Positions 35,362 to 40,411 of a stretch of DNA of 40,411 bases are shown here, piece after piece. The notes below the pieces were generated by a model, which ran no database searches, was not told where the DNA came from, and was given only the letters and a program-made list of their open reading frames with translations. The DNA comes from Catajapyx aquilonaris (lineage: Eukaryota), in assembly GCA_000934665.2 (NCBI GenBank), contig JYFJ02003539.1, positions 1-40,411 on the forward strand. Reading direction: 5' to 3'. The position numbers and the translations under genes are program-made. Every line of letters begins with the position of its first letter. The first letter of the stretch is position 1.

Positions 35362-36438
35362 AGTGGGTCCATATGCTCGTGTCACATGTGCAATAAAATG
35401 TTTGTTAGAAATGGATCAATTGAAGGAGCGCAAAGGTGATCCACACTCACCAGATGTTCATGTAAAGTCTGCAAAAAAAAATCATTAATTACATGCACGG
35501 ATTTTACTTGTCACATGAACATTCACACTCACGAAAGAAAGTTACACTTCTGCGCACACTGTCCCGAAACCTTTTATGACAAGTACAAAATGACTGTAGA
35601 AGTCACACACTTCTGAAAAGCCCCGCTGGCCTATCATGTTATTATTTTGCTTCCTTTCTTTGCGTTCATGTAATATATGGAAATATTATGATCTCGCAGT
35701 CGCAGAGTTGTCAATTTATCTGAAAATTTAACTTATATACATGTCAGGTGTACACACAAAAACAATTGTATTGCGACACAGCGTGTACCTGACAGTGTCG
35801 ATACAAAGAAAATTCTACCTAATGTTGCAACGACAATTGCTCAATAATAAACTAGGTTTATGTGTGTATGTCATGTATCGTACGTTGCCTAACACGGCCT
35901 GACAGCTTAGAGTTAATTTCATGAGTTCATGTAACAATATTGGAGTAATAATGTTTCCTTAATTTTTACTGTCATAACCAATATTTTTAAATGTTTAAAT
36001 GTTCATATAGGAAGCCACAATGGTTTTTTTTTCAGCATGGATTTAGTAGTCAAAAAAATGCCTTCTTAGATGAGCAGGTAAACTCCTTAACGACCTAATA
36101 ATGTTAAATAATTACATAATAAATGTTAAACACCGCATTAAATGCATTATTTTAATTGATCGTTTTATTTTTCAGCGGTATGAACGCACCCTCAGAACAG
36201 ATATTTGGGCAGCCGCATGAAAGCGCCCTGGAATAAATAATTCCAAGATGGCGTCTCAATAATAACGGGAAAAAGTTGGCCGATCCTTCTTTGGAGAGAT
36301 TCTAACCGTTCTAGGAGTTCTAATCCGCCCCCCGTCTGGATCCCATCGGAAGGGGCCGCAGCCGACGTGTGCAACGTAATCATTCGAACAACCTTAGAAG
36401 GCTGAGGACTAGGCAGAGAGGACTACTTTCAACAAGCC

Positions 36439-38555
36439 ATGTCTCCAGTCACCCTGGAGTCCCTGATGGAAGTGTCTCTAGGCAACAGGAGGCTTCTGGA
36501 AGGGTTGATGTCACGAATGGACTGGTGCCAGGAGGCCATCGGGAGGGTGGAGGGGTGGATGAAGAAGGAGAAGCGTGGAAGGGAAGGTACGCATGACGCA
36601 TATGAACAAGGGTGTGGATCGGATAACAATGCGTCTTGCATTTTCAGAAGATACTTCAGGCCAGTCCCTTCCCACCGAGTGTGTTTCTGTCAACACTGGA
36701 GACGCAGTCAGCGACTCAATGCCTGCGTATAACGCTGAAAAAGAAATAAAAGTGGAGGAAGAGGATTGGGAATCGCAGGAGACGTGGAATAGAGACCTAG
36801 AAGCAGAGGCAGCCAAAAACTTCAGTGAAATTGGTGGCGGTGGCGGCAATTCAGAAGTAGGACGTTCAGCAAACGCAAGTATGACATCAGCTGATATTGC
36901 CAAAGTCCGTTCGTATGGGATTCAAGGATCGCACCTGCTTCAAGAAGGAACGCTGCAGCAGGATACGGGCATGGAGAGTCAGTTATGGAGCCAGGTATTG
37001 TCATTACTTGATTGTGCATTCAATATGTTGATGTCATTTAGGACATGGTCTGAGAGGCAGGTAGTGTTTCTATGAGGAAGCCACAGAGGCAATCAAATAA
37101 TTGCAGGATGAATAAGACAATCATTGTGCCAATGGTTATCTCCACGTATTCATGTGGGATAAGTGCCTTATTTTATGAGAAGTTTTTATGCAGTAAGCCT
37201 GTACCTTTATTATATTTTGGATCAAAATCACCATTTTTGTCTGTTAAAGACGGGTAAATTATGGATGCTTCATGTCTGATTATATTATACCAATTGCGAC
37301 TGATCTGTAATTTTTTTCCACAGGCCTCCACTTCCGCAACCTGGGAGAACACCGAGTCCATCAAAGTTGAGGCATTTCCATTAGAGGCAAGTGTTTCATA
37401 TTATAATTTTGCACATGGCATTGATAAACGAGTAAAAATAAGGAATCAACTTTTTGTGCATGAAGAAATGGCGATTGACTAGAAATCTGATTGAATATTG
37501 CAGGTTTGTGAACCTGAAACGATGGAAAGCAGTGACCTGGCCTTGCCCGATAATGACTCCAGTAATGAGAATGTCCCATTGACCCACTCGGACGATGATC
37601 CTGATCATGACTCAAGCCCGGAAAAAAACCAACGTCGACTGAGGAAGGTATGTTTATCTTAGGATTATGAAGGTATTGAAGGTAAAGAATAGTACACAAG
37701 ACAATGCATAATTATGTTTCAAGCTTAAATAGCATGCTATGAAATGTTCATATGAATTTTTTAATTATTTTAGTTTGAAAGGAAATTTTTGTGTTTTGAG
37801 CATGATTTATTAAAACTTTGTAGAATCTTTGCTCCGTGCTAATCTCTTATTGCGACGAACTTAATACTTAGAAATGCTGATTCCCACGAGCATTACTTTT
37901 TCATTATTTGTAGCGCAAGAAACTAATGAAAGGTCCAACTGAACCAGAAAATCCGACTGACACTGACGGCTTTTCTACTGACCACCATGGGACTTCTTCG
38001 GATACAGTGAAAGGAAAGGAGCAGCCAGGAAATAAATGGTTCAAGTGTCGTCTGTGCTCATATAAGACTCAAGACAGCGGACACTTCAAAAGGCATAAAA
38101 TTGTTCACAGAAGTGACGAAAAGCCCTTTGGTTGCACTGCCTGTGAAAAGAGATTTACATCGAACCGCTACTTGCAGGTGCATTATCAGACTATCCATAT
38201 TGGTGTTACCCCATTTTCTTGTGATGTGTGTGATAAAAAGTTCTGTGAGAAGAGGAAGTTGGAGGAGCACAAGATAACCCACACTGGCAAGAAGCAGCAT
38301 TCATGCGAAATATGCCAAAAATCTTTTACCCTTCCAAGACATTTGAATTATCACATGCAACTTCACACCGGGGAAAGAGAGTTACACACTTGCACCCATT
38401 GCGGCAAAGAGTTCGGGTACAAATCCCACCTGGTTGAACATGTGCGGATTCACACTGGCGAGAAACCGTATTGTTGCAACATTTGCCAGAAGAAGTATGC
38501 TCATCGTGCTACCTTTATTTCTCACAAGAAAACCCACACGGGAGGAGGGTCGTAG
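36439..38555 (+). CDS. C2H2 zinc-finger protein, family copy 4 (N-terminal domain + 6 fingers)
   Basis: Exons 36439-36586, 36648-36994, 37324-37386 (GC donor), 37504-37647, 37914-38555. N-terminus MSPVTLESLMEVSLGNRRLLEGLMSRMDWCQEAIGRVEGW; six fingers with TGKKQ, TGERE and TGEKP linkers. Confidence 0.88.
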
Positions 38556-39126
38556 AGTTGGCTCCCAACATTTTCTGCATTAACTCTCATGTCAATGCAT
38601 TTCAGTGCAACGTGCGTCATACGGACGATTAGTGAGTACTTTTCATACTCCCAACTTCGGATTTCATGTGTGTTAAATAATTAAAATTGAGTTCAGCGAG
38701 TCAGTGGATTGAGACCATTAGTTTCCTACACTTTCAAGTGCTGAGTGTATATTTGTAAAATAAATTGTTGCTTCAGGAACATGAAAATTGTTCTCTCATT
38801 ATCTGACTTGCTTCCCCAGCTAAGTATAGACAGTGGGCATTTAATTGTATTTCCAACACTGGACAGTCCATCGGAAGCACCGGTACGAGAGCACCCTACG
38901 AGCTGTTTTGCAAGCAGCGATAGGAACACGCCCTCTAAAACCCAATCCAAGATGGCGACCGTCTCTTTCCTTTGAGAAGACTGTTCCTCTGAAGCATTTC
39001 CTTCCATTTTCACCTCCTTTGGTGTCCTGCCTTCCTTTTTTCAACTCGATTCTGATCCAGCATCATCTGGACCATCAGTCGAACAACCTGATCCGGCCTG
39101 AGGACTCCAGAGGTGCACAATAAGCC

Positions 39127-39782
39127 ATGTCTCCAGTCACCCTGGAGTCTCTGATGGAAGTGTCTCTAGGCAACAGGAGGCTTCTGGAAGGGTTGATGTC
39201 ACGAATGGACTGGTGCCAGGAGGCCATCGGGAGGGTGGAGGGGTGGATGAAGAAGGAGAAGCGTGGAAGGGAAGGTACGCATGACGCATATGAACAAGGG
39301 TGTGCGTCGGATATCAATGCGTCCTGCATTCCAGAAGTTGCTTCAGGCCAGTCCCTTCCCACCGAGTTTGTTTCTGTAAACACTGGAGATGAAAGCAGCG
39401 AGTCAATGCCTGCCTGTAACATTGAAGAGGATATAAAACTGGAGGAGGAGGATTGGGGATCGCAGCAGGTGAGGAGAGGGCACATGAAGGATCAAGTGCT
39501 GCTAGACTTTTAAAAACTCAAAAAGTGTCAGTAACCTTGTTAGTCAATTAAATTAAATGTGTTCTTACTTTTTAGGGCAGATGTTATAGAGACTTGGACG
39601 CAGAGACAGCCAAAAACATTAGTGAAATTGCTGCCCTTGTCGGCAATGTTGATTCGGAAGCTACATCACCTGATCTTCCAGTCATTGGAGAAGTTCATTC
39701 CTGTGGGATTCAGGGACCGCAATTGCTTCAGGAGGGAACATTGAAGCCAGATATGGGCATGGAGAGTGAGTCTTGGAGCCAG
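39127..39782 (+). CDS. ZNF family copy 5, 5' part (finger exon expected beyond the window)
   Basis: Exons 39127-39274, 39335-39468, 39576-39782. The N-terminal protein sequence is identical to copy 4, and the linkers are homologous (IKLEEEDW, DLDAETAKNISEI, LLQEGTL, MESESWSQ). Confidence 0.8.
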
Positions 39783-40411
39783 GTATGGTCATTACTTGAT
39801 TACTTCAGGAGGTGGAAGCCAAAATCGGCTTGCAGTGTCTACAACTTTATGCTTGTGGGTATACCAAGATGACTCATTTATACCTAGGTCTTTGGCTCAT
39901 TATTTCTGTGTACCTTTACTTGAAGATTTTCATGGCAGTCCCAACTCAAAAGCAAGAAAAAAAATAAGATAGCCACTTTTGACTTCAATCGCCAATCGGT
40001 TCAATCTTCCTCTGAGCGCCTCAATTGTAATTGCAAAACGAAAGAGAGAACCATTACAATGCATCACATGTGGCTACCACCCACACATTTGTTTGCGAGA
40101 AGTGCCTGATTTTATGGGAAGCTAAATATGGCAGAACAGTCAGCCTGCAAACATGATGATTATAATTATTTTGGCTTTTCATGTCAAAATTTCTAATTTT
40201 GTCCAGTACCTGTCATTTTATGACATGTAAAATAGGGGCACTACAACATACTCTGGTTTTACATATTATTACCAATTGCAAAGTAATTGCAATTGAAAGT
40301 AATAGGTGCCACATGTAAGTTTTCTAGAAATAAGGACTTATCTTCTGCCTGTAGGTTGTCTGTCTACTCTCACGTTATTGTTCCTTCACTTATGTATGGT
40401 AGTGAAGCGTG

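Overview
Gene-dense eukaryotic genomic DNA, very likely arthropod (AKH/RPCH-type receptor, DRE motifs, many 55-75 bp introns). Left to right: 3' end of an AKH/RPCH receptor (+); putative non-coding exons of a minus-strand transcript; DDX55 (-); a nucleoplasmin-like FKBP39-type protein with no PPIase domain (-); C2H2-ZNF copy 1 (+); a frameshifted TPX2-like pseudogene (-); UMP synthase (+); a HECT-less G2E3/PHF7-like PHD/RING protein (+); a spliced orphan gene (-); and four more tandem ZNF-family copies (+, the last incomplete). The most notable feature is the five-member ZNF family. Each copy starts with a separate exon encoding an unrecognised ~40-50 aa helical domain with heptad periodicity, a core Asn and an R-h-x-x-h-E trimer motif. 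This is followed by acidic linkers with SUMO-consensus sites and, in the four complete copies, a divergent C2H2 array, a layout analogous to KRAB/ZAD-ZNFs. The family shows apparent gene conversion of the domain exon, intron loss and finger decay. Also present: several MITEs, a tRNA-derived SINE with TSD, a cluster of five RFX X-box-like sites and shared YY1/DRE promoter motifs. All exon models were derived by eye from GT/GC-AG signals and phase consistency; no database searches were run.
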